A stretch of DNA of 64,000 nucleotides from Raillietiella orientalis (lineage: Eukaryota). The stretch covers positions 5,394,001-5,458,000 of the forward strand of contig JAYWIR010000004.1 in the NCBI GenBank assembly GCA_036172245.1, read 5' to 3'. Below the pieces are notes generated by a model, which saw nothing but the letters and a program-made list of their open reading frames with translations, made no database searches and was not told the origin of the DNA. Positions 34,001-45,600 of this stretch are shown here, piece after piece. A program made the translations under genes and the position numbers. The stretch's first letter is position 1. Each line of letters opens with the position of its first letter.

Positions 34001-37000
34001 ACCTCGCAAACCTCTCGAAGTGCTTCCCGTGGTGCAGCCTGTGGGGGTGGGAGGGTTGGGAGCTCCCGCAGGATCACCGCCCTCCCTGACGAGGAACGCC
34101 CGAAACCCGCAGCCATTCCTGTAGGCTTCTCCTGCGGGTGCCTCCTCCTCGATGCGTCCCCGCAAGGGCCGTTCCCCGCTGGCAGCAGCCACATACCCTC
34201 TCCCTCTTCCAGGCCCCCTCGCCCGCGCAGGCGAAGCGACTGGATCGGCCTTTCCCTCGCGAGGGAGGCGAGAGAAACCCCCACGGGGTCCGGGAGGGCG
34301 CGCCCTCGGTCTCAGGCGCCTCCAAGAGAGTAAGGGCGTCGTTGGAAGGGGTCGCCTCCCTCACAAGAGACCCGTCCCATCTGGCCTTCCGGAGGGCAAG
34401 GAAGACGGCCGAGGGAGAGGGCGGCGGGGAAAGGCGCGCCCACTCCTGGGGGAGAAGCCGTGCCAGAGGGCGGACTGGAGACAGTCGGATGGGTATGGGT
34501 AAGGTGGGGTGAGGGGAGGGAGCAGAGAGGGTTGGGCAAAGGGAGGGGAGCGTGGCCACCTTTTCCGCCCTGCTCCTGTGATCCCTTTCCGGGGAGGCAC
34601 TCGGTCGGGCGGACGCCGCCGCTCGGAAAGGGACCATCACCGCGGAATAAAATCGCCTCGGGGCATTCCGGCATTCCTCCGCGCTGCGCGGGAGAGACCG
34701 TGCACTTGACCTTTCGGCGTAACGGGTCCTCGCCTCGCACCTCTCCGTCCGCATGGCGGAGCGGCGTCGGCATTGGCGTCGGCTGCGGAGACTTCGTCCG
34801 GGTAACGGGAAAGATCCGGTCACGCCTGGAGCGCCCTTCTTCGGATCCGGGCGGGTCTCGTGAAGCAGCAGCCGCCGCCGCCACCGAAGAGCGTTGACCG
34901 GCAGTTCCTGTTACTTCGGCCGTTCCTTCCTCCTCTCCCCCCCTCCTCCTCCTCCTCTCGGACCCATCCGCTTCCTGTTCCACTTTGCTCGCCCCCTCCA
35001 GCCGCCGCAGTTGCCCGTTGCCTTTCGGCGGCGGCCGCAGCGGCCGGAGGGGGCGGAAGAGTTGGCGTTTTCTTTTTTTTTTTTTTTTTATTCCTTTTCT
35101 TTTTTTTTTGTGCTCCCTCGTTCCACGCTTCGCCACCTGTCAGCGCCTTCGGGGCGAGGAGGAAGCGCGCGGAGGAATGCGGACGGCGGGAGTACCGCGC
35201 GAATACGCCTGCGCTCGCATCCCCGCCACCGTCACCCCCGGTTGAGTCGGCACCGGCGGTGTGCGCGCGCGCGATACGTAACGGATCTGCGCGCACTTCC
35301 CTTTCCCGTTTCTTCCCCCTCCCAGCGGCGCAGCGCGCCCGATGCGATCGGCGTTCCGGAGGGACGAGAGGAGGACACGGGGAAGGCCGGCAGACAGACC
35401 CCGGGGCTGCGTCGCGGGCATTCCCTCTAGCGATCTCTCCTCCGAGCAAATCCGCACTGCTGACGGAGCACTTTGCGAGCCCGCGCGTGTGCGTGGGAGA
35501 GGCGGAAAGGGAAAAAAGTGAGGGGGGAGCAGGAGCGTCCTTTGCCTGCTCCCTCCCTGGAGGTCACCTGCAGGAAGGCGACCCCAGGGGAGGCAGCGCT
35601 CCGGGAACAACGCGCAGAGTCCCAATGCAGATCGCGGGGGAGGCGGGGAAATACTCCTCTCCTCCCGCCCACTCTCCCGGGACCGGGAGTGGGTGCTCGA
35701 AAACATTTCCACGTGGGGCGCGGGTGACCAGGGGCGGGCGAGGAGGAAGTGAGGGATCTAATCTTCCTTGGAGACTGGCTGTCGCTGTAAGGACGCGTGT
35801 CTGCCCGAGGACCGTTCCTGGGAGTCAGACTTCCTAGGCGACGACTGCGGCCCGCTGGTCCCTCCTCCTTCCGTGGAAGGCAGACGCCTCGCCTTCGACG
35901 TGACCCCCCCTCCAGGGCGAACGGCGGTGTCAAGTGTTTCCTCCTCCTCCCAGGTGCTTCGGTCATCGCCGAGGGGTAACCGAAGGGGGGAGGAGGGTCC
36001 TTCGTCCCGCATCCTCTCTCTGCTCCCTCCCCCTCACCTCCGCTAACCCTGGTCTTCTCGTTTCCCCCCAGCTGTGAAGTTCGGCCGCATGTCCAAGAAG
36101 CAGCGAGAGAAGGTCGAAGATGAGGTTCGGACGATCAAGGCCCAGTTACGCCTGCAGAATCCCGGTTCTTCTCCCGACAGTTCCGTGTTCGACCCCCAGC
36201 TGCCGTCTTCCTCCGACCAGATCGGCACTTCCTACTCGCAAGGAGGGTTCGTCCGCTTTTTTTTTTTTTTTCTTTATCTCTTCTCTCTCTCTTTCTCTCT
36301 GCCTCCTCCTCCCCCTTGCAATGGCTGCAGAGGCTCTCCCTACCCATGCTCCCGAAATTTCTCTCCCTCTCCCTCGCCACACACTCTTTCTCTGTCTCGC
36401 TCTCTCCTGACCCCGCGCGCGATTCCACCAGGTATGGTTACGGTGGAGACCTCAGCAGCTACACGCCCAACGGGTACCCTTCCTTCGGCGGTGCGTCGTC
36501 GGTGACCTTCGACGTGAGCGGAACGGACTTTGTCGATTCCACGACCTTCGACCCCAGGCATCCGTCCACTCCTTTGGACCCACTGCCAGACAGCAATATT
36601 TTCTCCTCGGTCGCCTCCTCGGGGAAAAGTGGTTTCCTGACTTGCCCGGACGACCGCATTCCCTCCTCTCCCCTGTCTCGTGGTGGACTGTGCCCCTCTT
36701 CTTCTCCTATCCCCGGCTCCAGACTTTCTGCTTGCTGTGATATGCCCAGCGCTGGTGATGCTGCTCCCGACGGAGGAACCGCGGTCATCAAGTCCGAAGC
36801 TGAAGCCCTGCAGACTTCTGCCGGAGGAGGAGGAGGCGGCTCCAACAGCCCGTCTTCCGCCCAGACCATTCCCTCGGAGGCGGAGCAGTACGACCCTTGT
36901 GAGTACGAGGATGGAGGGCCACCGCCGGCGGGTCCGGTGCGAGCCCTCTCGGTCGTGCGACGCGCGCGCCTCAGAGGCAGCTGGCGGCGTCCTCTCGAAG

Positions 37001-38849
37001 TTTTCTTGTTTTCTCGCTCGCTTTTTTCTTTTCGTTGCAGCTTCTGCAGCGGAGGCGGAGGAGGAGGCACCAGCAGCGTCCTCTGGTGCTGTTGTGTGTA
37101 TGTGTGTTTTCCTTCTCCCGTCTTGCTCTCTTGCTGTCGGTCCGCTCACGCGCGTGCGCGCGTGCTCGTGCGTCGTGACATGGCCTCTTTCTTTTCGTGC
37201 GCTTGTGTTTTGCTTTCTTGGTTTCCTCCCCCCCTCCTCCTCTCCCTCCTCCTCCATCAGTAGCTGCTTTGTTTCCTTCTTTCGTTCTTTTGTTTGCCTG
37301 TGTGTGTGTATGTGTGTGTGTTTTTTTGTTGTCGTCATCGCCGCCGCCGCGGCTTCCTCCTCTTTTCCGATGCAAGGGAGCCTTCGAGGGAGGGCGGTCG
37401 TCGCGCTAGCGGAACGCTCCCTCGCCATTGCCCTTCCTTTTTGTCTCTTGCATTCTGCTTGCAGACGGAGCACAGATCACGGAGCTGCTGTCCCGTACCA
37501 TCGCGGATGCCCACCTGCGCACCTGCCTCCTGTCCACCGAACACATCCACCACCTGTTCCGCAAGCCTCCTGATCTCAGTAAAGTGTTGTATTACAAGAA
37601 CATGGTAAATGCTCGCCTCCTCCCTTCCTCTTCTTCGTCGTCTCCTCCTCCTCCTCTCTCGATCTCTCTCCCCCTTCCCCTCCCTCCCCCCCCCCTGCGT
37701 CGATCTCGTCGCGGCCTTCCGGGACGAAGCGGGTCCCCTCTTGCCGTTGCAGGCTCACGAGGAGCTGTGGCTGGACTGCGCGCAGAAGCTCACAGCCGTC
37801 ATCCAGCAGATCATCGAGTTCGCCAAGATGGTTCCGGGCTTCATGAAGCTGTCCCAGGACGACCAGATCGTGCTGCTGAAGACGGGTGACTTTTTCCTTC
37901 TTTGCCTCGCTTCTTGTGGTGACGTCTGCCTCCCATTTCCTCCTCCTCCCCCTCTGACATAAGGGAGCTTCGAAGTGTCCGCTATCCAGATGAGCCGCTG
38001 CTACGACCTCAGCCAGAACTGCGTGCTGTACGGGGAGACCCTGCTGCCGCTGGAGGCCTTCCTGACTTCGGACACGGACGAGATGGCGCTCGTGACCAGG
38101 AGCTTCGAGATTTCGCGGTCCATCGCCGAGCTGAGGCTGACGGAAACCGAAACCGGTCTCTTCTCGGCGTACTGCCTTCTGTCCCCAGGTAACACCCCTG
38201 CGCTCCCCCCCGTCCCTCCTCCCCCGAAGCACCGCCGCCGCGCCCCCGTCTCCGCCGCTCCCGTTTCCCACCTCTTCCTCCTCCTCCTTCACCGCTCCCT
38301 CCTACCTCCTCCCCCTCCGCGCGCGCGCGAACGCGCTCTTCCAAGCGAGACCGCTCCCCTTTCTCCCCCCCCCCCTCTCCCGCCTTCTTTCCGGGTGCCG
38401 CCACCTTCACCGTCCAGAGAGACCCGGCCTGAAAGACGTCATCCAGATCCAGAGGTTGAACGCGGCCGTGCTGAGGGCCCTGAGGATCGAGCTATCCAGG
38501 ACGCACCGCTATCCTCTGAAGGGCGACGTGGGAGTATCCGAGGCCTTGATCTCGCGTACCGCCGACCTCAGGTAAGGAGAACTCCATCCAGACCCTTCCT
38601 CCTACCCCGACCGTGATCACACCTTCCTTCTCCTCCCTCCGTTCTTCCTCCTCTTCTCCTCCGTCCCTCCTGCGAATTACTCTTCCTCCTCTCACCGGGA
38701 ACGCCGCCGCGTTTCTCTCCTCCCTTCCTTTTCACACCCCCAGGGATGTCAGTCTGCTGCACATGAGCGCGCTGGCCAAGTTCAGGCGCTCGGCGCCCCA
38801 CCTCGAGTTCCCGGCCCTGCACAAAGAGCTTTTCTCCGTCGACAGCTGA
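20664..38849 (+). CDS. Hr3: Nuclear hormone receptor HR3 (NR1F4/ROR family), spliced model join(20664..20754,33199..33426,36072..36246,36432..36898,37465..37604,37753..37885,37964..38188,38418..38571,38744..38849); 1719 nt = 572 aa + stop
   Basis: All introns are GT..AG with matching phases and the total length is divisible by 3. The protein has [47 protein letters not shown] (C4 zinc fingers), the [20 protein letters not shown]-terminal extension, the LBD signature [24 protein letters not shown] and the AF-2 end [13 protein letters not shown], all typical of arthropod HR3. Confidence 0.95.
23055..23087. repeat. (GCC)11 microsatellite
   Basis: Read directly. Confidence 0.95.
24333..24447 (+). 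other. Candidate HR3 alternative 5' exon D (coding from ATG 24393: [18 protein letters not shown] + G)
   Basis: Long polypyrimidine tract + TAG acceptor (24331-24332) and G|GTGAGC donor at 24448. ATGs at 24393 and 24411 are phase-1 compatible with the DBD exon. No recognisable protein similarity. Confidence 0.35.
26585..26705 (+). CDS. Hr3: HR3 alternative N-terminal exon C ([40 protein letters not shown] + T); exon probably starts at 26564
   Basis: High-complexity, lower-GC island with CTAAC/CTGAC branch motifs, TTACAG acceptor (AG 26562-26563), ATG 26585, 40 open codons and a T|GTGAGT phase-1 donor. Gives ...[16 protein letters not shown]. Confidence 0.65.
27305..27328. repeat. (CTG)8 microsatellite
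   Basis: Read directly. Confidence 0.9.
28039..28068. repeat. (GGC)10 microsatellite
   Basis: Read directly. Confidence 0.95.
32927..32946. repeat. (GC)10 alternating dinucleotide run
   Basis: Read directly; ~250 nt upstream of the DBD exon. Confidence 0.9.
33199..33426 (+). CDS. Hr3: HR3 exon: DNA-binding domain (two C4 zinc fingers, P-box CEGCKG)
   Basis: cccccag|CT CAA ATC GAG...AGG GAC G|gtaagt; 228 nt, phase 1/1. Confidence 0.98.
36072..36246 (+). CDS. Hr3: HR3 exon: C-terminal extension and start of hinge ([20 protein letters not shown]...[17 protein letters not shown])
   Basis: ccccag|CT GTG AAG TTC...CAA GGA GG|gttcgt; phase 1/2, matching the next acceptor. Confidence 0.93.
36432..36898 (+). 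CDS. Hr3: HR3 exon: hinge ([15 protein letters not shown]...[11 protein letters not shown]...EQYDP), long form
   Basis: caccag|G TAT GGT TAC; the frame is open to CCT T|gtgagt at 36899 (phase 1). The 3' boundary is less certain because a weaker G|GTTTCC donor exists at 36632. Confidence 0.8.
37465..37604 (+). CDS. Hr3: HR3 exon: LBD start ([20 protein letters not shown]...YYKNM)
   Basis: ttgcag|AC GGA GCA...AAC ATG|gtaaat; phase 1/0. Confidence 0.95.
37753..37885 (+). CDS. Hr3: HR3 exon: LBD helices 3-4 ([44 protein letters not shown])
   Basis: ttgcag|GCT CAC...ACG G|gtgact; contains the nuclear-receptor LBD signature; phase 0/1. Confidence 0.97.
37964..38188 (+). CDS. Hr3: HR3 exon: LBD ([24 protein letters not shown]...[21 protein letters not shown])
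   Basis: ataag|GG AGC TTC GAA...CCA G|gtaaca; preceded by a 78-nt intron; phase 1/1. Confidence 0.95.
38418..38571 (+). CDS. Hr3: HR3 exon: LBD ([52 protein letters not shown])
   Basis: gtccag|AG AGA CCC GGC CTG...CTC AG|gtaagg; phase 1/2. Not shown in this frame by the ORF track. Confidence 0.95.
38744..38849 (+). CDS. Hr3: HR3 last coding exon with AF-2 ([34 protein letters not shown])
   Basis: ccccag|G GAT GTC...AGC TGA; phase 2. Confidence 0.96.
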
Positions 38850-39639
38850 AGCCTCCTCCTCCACCGCCACCCCAGCCGGAAGGAGCCAGTGGGGGCGGGG
38901 GAGGGGGGAAAAGGAAAAAAAAAAAAAGGAGAGGGAGGAATGGAAAGGAGGAAAGGAAGGAAGTGAAGCCGGAAAAAAGGAGGAAAGAGGAAGAAGAAAA
39001 AGAAGAAAGGAAGAAAAGAAACGCTCCTGCTCGTCCCCCTTCCTGCCGCCCGTCCGCCTTTGGTGTTTCCTGCTGCTCCCCCCCCTCTCCCTTGTACAGA
39101 ACCGAAAGTAATTTATTGTTCGTGGGTATGGAGGTGGAGGTGCTGTACATATCCTGCCCCCATCGCCCCCCCCCCCCCGGGAAGAACCACGCAGCTCGCA
39201 GGGAACTGCTGCTCGGGACATCTACCGGCAAGCCCCAGAAATTTTTTTTATTTTTCTACCGCGCGGCCGCGGCCGCCCCCGGGGGTCAGGACCGCCTCGT
39301 CTCCTCTCTGTGATGATCCTCTTCTGCCCAGTCCGAAAACGTCCGGAAGACTCCGCCGCTGCAACCGCCTCAGCCGAGGTTTCCCCCCCTCCCCTCCTTC
39401 CCTCCTTCCGTGGTGACTGTTGACGGTGCTGACGGTCAACAGGTGGGAAGGGGAGGGAGGAACGAAGGAGAGGGAAAGAAAGAGGGAGAGTAGATCCACA
39501 CACCCTCGCTCTCTCCGTTTCCCGGTCCCCGCTGCCCCTGCGCACTCTCGCGCGCGAAGAGCTTCCGTATCGGACTGACCGTCCTTCCTGTTGCCCCCCC
39601 CCTTATCCCCCCCAACGATTTTTACGGACGATGCAAAAA

Positions 39640-39645
39640 AATAAA
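39640..39645 (+). terminator. Candidate polyadenylation signal (AATAAA) for HR3
   Basis: First AATAAA I found after the stop (~790 nt downstream), in a short AT-rich patch followed by T-rich sequence. Confidence 0.4.
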
Positions 39646-42600
39646 TTATACTTCGTCTTTTGCTACGGAAGTGGACGCTGTTGGGGTGAAGCAGGGGTAA
39701 GGGGGGGAGACAAGGTGGGCCTCCCACTGGTCCTCCTTCATCCTTCCCTCTTCCCTTTGTCTCTCTTCCTGAGCGCTCTCGAAAGGGGAGCAGCAGGAGG
39801 GGAAGGAGAAAAAGAGGACCAGGTGGGTGGCCTTGAGAGCTCCACCCATCCGACGATGGCGAATCCCCTGTTGCTGCTGCTGTTGCTGCCCCTTTTCGGC
39901 ACGAGCGTGTCCTCTCCTCCTCTCTTTCTGACCTCCGGGACGGGATCATGCCGCAGGCTCACCGGGCAGCCCAGAGGGCTTCCCGGACTTCCGCTGGCAG
40001 CCCCTCCTGCTCTGCACCTACCTTCCATCCAAAGACCCTGCAGGGGGCTGCCTCCGAGGTTTCCCCAAATGGTGGTGATCCCACGGCGCTTCCTCTGCCA
40101 CCGCCCCACGACGCCATCGTTCTACCAGAGGAAGCAGGGGACGCCTCCGCATTCCCTCGGATCCCTCCGAAGGAGCCTGGCGCTCCCTGCTCGTCCGCTC
40201 CCGCGAGGCGATCACCCTCCCTCTTTTTTTCACTCTCCTTTCTCGTCCCCTTTCCTTTCCGTCTCCCCCCCTTCTTCTCGCCTTCTTTGATTCCTATCCG
40301 CCTATTCCGGTGCGGGGCCCGCCGCCGATGTTGTTGGCGCCCCGAGAGTCCTCGCTTTCGCACCATTATCCACATGCGGAGCGACTCCGGGAGCGGAGGA
40401 CAGACGAACACGGGAGAGAAGCTTTTCCCTTTGCCCCCACTTCAGTCCTCGACGCCTCCTCTGCTCTCGCCCTGGGCCCCTTCCTCGGTCCTTGCGGCAG
40501 GGTGACCGCCCTCTGATTCAGCGGCGCCATCCCAGGACGGAGGAAGAGGAGGAGAGGTCATCTCTTCTCTCCTCCCCCCCCCCCTTCCCCTTGTGTTCTC
40601 CCCACGGTACCATCGGAGACTCTTCCTCCTCCTCCTCCCTCAGCGTCAGCGGTCTCGACCCGCCCTTGAACTCCGTCGTCCTCATCTGGGGAGGGAGGAG
40701 GAGATGAGGACCCGCAACGCAACACCCCGTTCTCCTCTTCTCTGAGCTTCCCTTCGGGGGAACGCCACTCCCGACGTCGTTGGCGGTGGTGGTGGCGAAT
40801 GCGCATCCGCTCCCGCAAATAACCGCTCACGAATCGCCCACGGGAAGTGCAGGAGACCACGGGGATCCTCCCTTACGGCAGTGGGAGGGGTCATGGTCGG
40901 ATGAAGGCAGGAGGGAGGCGGTTGCGAGGATTCCTGGAGGGGGAGACCGAGGTCGCACGTGGTTCGCGTTTCCTTCGCCTACTCGCTTCTGCGTCGCCAT
41001 AGGCACTGACAGCGTCGGGTCGGCTCCGGATGCCCACGGCGCCAGCCTTTTCGTGCACTCTTCCCTGCGAGAAGCAAGGCTTGCAGCCGTCACCTACCCC
41101 GTTCGTTTGCTCCTTTCTCAGATGAGGAGGAGGAAAGAAGGTCTAAGAGGGAAGAATGGGATTGGATACCCCCTTCGTCCCGGTGCAGACGCTGTCCTTC
41201 CTTCGAGACGCGATCTCACGGAGATCTCAGTAAGGAAATTTGGGGTCGGATGGCTGGTGGAAGGGGTTGGCGGCGGTAGAGCTTTCCCCCTTCCTCGAGG
41301 TCGCCCTCTGGGTTGGTTTTTCCCCTACCTTCACCGAGAGCTCGCTCTCTACAAAACCGGATGCGCGTGCGCACGTGGTCCGCGTGTGATCTGCCGTTTC
41401 CTCCTATCCCTTCCCGCTTCCGGGAGCGCCCTCCGACCCCCCCTCCCCGGACTCGCTTTCTGAGTGCTTCCTACGTCCCTTCAGCGGACGCCTAGACGCG
41501 TGAAAGGAGGAAGAGCCAGACGAGAAACCTGAGGAGGGCTCGGGGAGCAGGCTCGCCCCAAGACGGAAGGGTGGGGGACTTCGTCCGGAAAGGTGCAGGC
41601 AGCAAAGGGGCGATTTTTTCATATCTTTCGCCCTCTCCTCCAAACAAACCACGTGACCAGCTTCTGCCTCCCCGCAGAGGTCTCCCAGAGCAACGGTGGT
41701 GCGTGAGCCACTGCTCCACTTCAAGGAGGGCGCACATCCCCGTCGGATCTTTTCGCCCGCTCATCCGTTCCCGTCCCGAGGTCCCTCAGCATCCCCGAGG
41801 AACGGAGGCTGCCGCTTCCGCTTCTCCCGTCCCTTTGTCGATTTACCCCACGCGACGGTATTAGCCGAGGCTTGGGCCGCATCCTTGGAATCCCGGGGCC
41901 ATCCCCAAACGCTGTTCCCCCTCTTTCCCACGCACAATGGCGGACCCTGTGTCGGATGGAAGGAAAATCTCCCTCCTAAGCGGGAAGGCAGGCGTCCTCC
42001 GCCTTCTCTGGAACGCCTTGTTTCTTCCGACAGGTCCCTTCTCTTCCGTGACCTCGCCAGCATTCACGAAGTAACGGTGCCCCTTTTCATCCCCCCCCCC
42101 TCTTTGTGTCCCTCTAATCTGGCGGCGGCACAAACAGCCTCGTCCTCTTCGGGCCCGCCGTCGGTCTCCGGTGGACGCTGGCAAAAACTCGGCGTGCTGC
42201 GCCTCCCAGAGGAGGGAGGGAGGCGGAGGAGGGACGGATGGCGAGGCGGGCAGCTGGTGGCGGTCGACTTTTCCAGGTACTCGGACGGTCCTCCCGGTTG
42301 CCGGGATATCGATCGGTCCCGCGTGCCTCTTCCTCTGGGCTGGGCGTCGCAGCGGCCGGACAGCGAGGAGGTAGGAGAAGGGGGGAGGGAAGAAGCGATG
42401 TAACGTCGTCGTCGTCGCCGCCGCCGCCGCCGCGCGCGCGCGCCCGCTCAAGTCTTCCCAGACGTTCTGGAGCGCTCCGGAAAGAGGCGGAAGACCGGAG
42501 AGGTGGAAGGCGTGAAGGAAGATGAGAGGTCTCAGATAACGGAAGGAGCAGTCAGGGAGGAAGGCCTGATAGCGTCCCCGAGCAGCTGATAAAGCGTGTT

Positions 42601-45600
42601 GCTGCAAGAGGAGGAGGCGATAAGGGGACGGGAGTGATAGCAGGGAAGGGAAACTGTCTGGAGTGTTTTGAACCCGGGCGCTCCTCAGCAGCAGACGGGA
42701 AGAGGGCGGCGGCTGCGTAACCCGGCGAGAGACCTGCGGTCAGGGAGAGAGGGAAAGCGGAAGTGCCGCGGCCAACGCCCAGCCCGCGCCCTGGGGACCG
42801 GATCTCGGTCGTTGCAGGAGCGTCGATCGTCCGTCAGTCTGGACGTACCCGTCCCTCCAGGGGGAGAGCACGACGGGAGGTTTGTGACGGCGCCCTCTCA
42901 GGGGCGACCGAGCGCGGGAAACACGCAGGAAGAGGAGCGGGCGAACCTCGCCTGGGTGCTCTCATACTCACCGACGGAAGGTGGGCGCTCGCCAGCCCGA
43001 AAAAAGGAGGGGAGCGGTGCTGGCTGCCTCCCTCTTCAGGTGGGTCGTTCTGACCTCCCTGCCCGGCGACTCCTCTTCGTTCCTGCTTTCCCTCCTCTCG
43101 CACGGCCCTGTATGCCTACTCATCCGCTCTCCGAGATTCCGACCTCCTCGCCTGCCACGCGTCTCCTTCTCTCTGCGCCAGTCGTCTCCCTTGTCGGGTG
43201 GGCAGACGCCCTCGCCACCCGAGGGAAAGGCCCGGAACCTCCGTCTCAAGGTCTGCGGAGTTGCGGTGCGGCCTCGCCACTGGCGTTTGCTCTCCAGTGT
43301 CACCTTCTCGCGGGCCGAGGGCGCACCGGCCCTCGCTCCCGTGGGAATGCGCGATCCTTGGCAGACCCGTGCCGGGAGAGCGGCTGGTCTTCCCGGTTGA
43401 TGGACTCGAAGGGACTCCTCACCCGGCATCCGCGCTCATTTCTCGATAGGAGCCCCTCCAGCGGAGGTTCTTCCCGGCGCTGGGTCTTCCCTCCTTCTTC
43501 CGGGGTACCGCGTGTCCCAGCCGTGGGCGGAGATGCTTCCAACTCCGTTCTTGGGAGGGCTTTCCCTGAAGCCCTCTCCCTCCCCGGGTCCAGGAGCGAA
43601 CGAAGGATCTTCCCGCTCCACCGTGTGCTCGGTCCTCCCTCTTCCTCCCGATCCCGAGGGATGCGAGGGGATAGCCTCGGGAGTTTGTCTCCTCCCCGTT
43701 CGCCTTCTCCGCGAGAGCGGCCCGACCAGCCTGCGGGCTCCCGACTTCTCTGTCCTTCCTCTCTGCCCCCATCCGGGGAATTTCCCAGAGTCCGCCCCTC
43801 CCCCCCCGGTCGGGAAACACTAGGGGCCTGCGCGCGGGAGAGATGCGGGGACGACCGAGACCCACACTCCCGGTGGCCATGGCTGCGGACAGTGGATCAG
43901 GAGGCCCGCACCGGGGTCCGGGAAGTCTGGGCTCGTGTCCGGGAGCCCGGGAGGCGCCTCTTGGCCGGCGAAGGCGAGGTCGCTATTGCCCAGATCTGCT
44001 GCTTCATGGAGCGGATCGCCTGATGCGATCCTCGCGCTCAGCTTCCCTCCTGGCGCGATTCCTCCCCACTTTCCCTCCCTCTCGCATCATCCTGCACAGG
44101 AGGTTCCGCCGCGAGAAAGCGAGAGGCTCCTTGCTTGCGAGGGGACAGCCGTGATGAGGGAGACGGACGCAGGCTCCTCCCTCGTTGCTGAGGCGACGCG
44201 GCGCATCGCGCTCTCCGTCTGCATCCGCCCGCCGGTCCGGAGGTCGGGGCAGATAAGGAGATTAGATAAACTCCATCTAATTTTAGACGCCTCCTAGAGG
44301 AAGAAGGGGAACCAGTCGGTCTGCAGGGAAGGCACTGCCAGCCTCCCGGGAAGGGGGATGCTGCCCCGGCTGCATCCCTTTTAAGAGAGATGCCCAGCGC
44401 AAACAGGGAGTCCGCCCCTCCCTTCTTCCTTCGTTCCCGTCTCTCCTTGCAGCTACACCTTCTCCTGCCCCGCTACCCAGGGAGTGGCTGGAGGAAGGGG
44501 AGCGACGACCTCTGCGACGACACGGCGCCACCTGACCTGACGCTCTGAGAGTGCCCCCAGCTGGAAGAAACTGCGAGGGATGGTCACGTTCAAGGGATGG
44601 TGTCGGGCTCCCGAAGGAAGAGGACGCCTTCCCGAGCACGCAGGGACCAACGCAGTCGGTCCGGAAGGGAGAGGAGGTGCGAACCCAGTGTCCTCCTCCA
44701 AACACCTTTGGGTGTCTCTCCTCGTCCGAGAAGGGAAGGGACGGAGGTTCCAGAAGCGTCAGCACCCCCGGAAAGCCCCTGGTGCTATGGGGCGTTGCTG
44801 CAGGATGCAGGGAACGGGAGACGTGCCCTGGAGTCCCAAGAAAGAGGAGACAACTCGGTCTTACAGTGGGGCAGGCGTGAAGGGCGCGCTCACGCTCCCG
44901 CTTGCCTCCTGGCCTGACCCCGCGACCTCGTCTCTCACGCCGGGCACCAGAAGGCGCCTCCGCACTCACGGGGCGGCAGGCGTTGCCACCGCTTTAGCGG
45001 AGAAGCTTTCCGGGAGGAGGAAAGGGGATGAGGAGCTGCAGGGCGGAGTCTAAAGGGAGCAGAAGCTGCTCTACCTTTCTCCCTCTCTTGCGTCCCGCCT
45101 TCCCGAAGGAGATTGTTTTCTCGGCTCCGGCCTCACCTTCATTTCGTCGTGGCGCCGGACTCCTCGCCATCCTTCGTGGAGGGCGCGCTGGGCAATGCGA
45201 GCAGGGGATAGGCAAGGGCTACTGATGGAGGGAAGGGGTCTCCTGCCTCCGGGAAGTTCCCTCTCCGTTCTGATGGGAAGTAAAGAGAGCGATCCACGTA
45301 GATGCGGGAACGTGTCGGTCGAGAAAGCCCTGTCTTCTTCCCCTCCCCTTCCGTACTCTCTCGCGACTACTCCTTTGATCTTCTCCCCTATCTTCGGCTC
45401 ACGGGGCAAGGAAGTCCCTCCTCCTCCTTCCCCCGTACGACGACGGGCTCCCAGTGTAGTAGCTGAGGGATGCCAGGAGCAGCATCTTTTCGAGAAGTTT
45501 CCGCGGTCCTCCGAGCGTGGTTGGTTCAAGGAGAAGCGCTGAGGTCCTCATTCCGCCGCGAGGCCACGCCGTCGTCACTTATCCTCCGTTCCGCAGGGTC

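Noticed and set aside
36632..36749. Small intron inside the hinge exon (GT at 36632 to CAG at 36722 or 36749)
   Set aside because: The donor is phase 1 but both acceptors are phase 2, so removal would frameshift; the unspliced frame is open.
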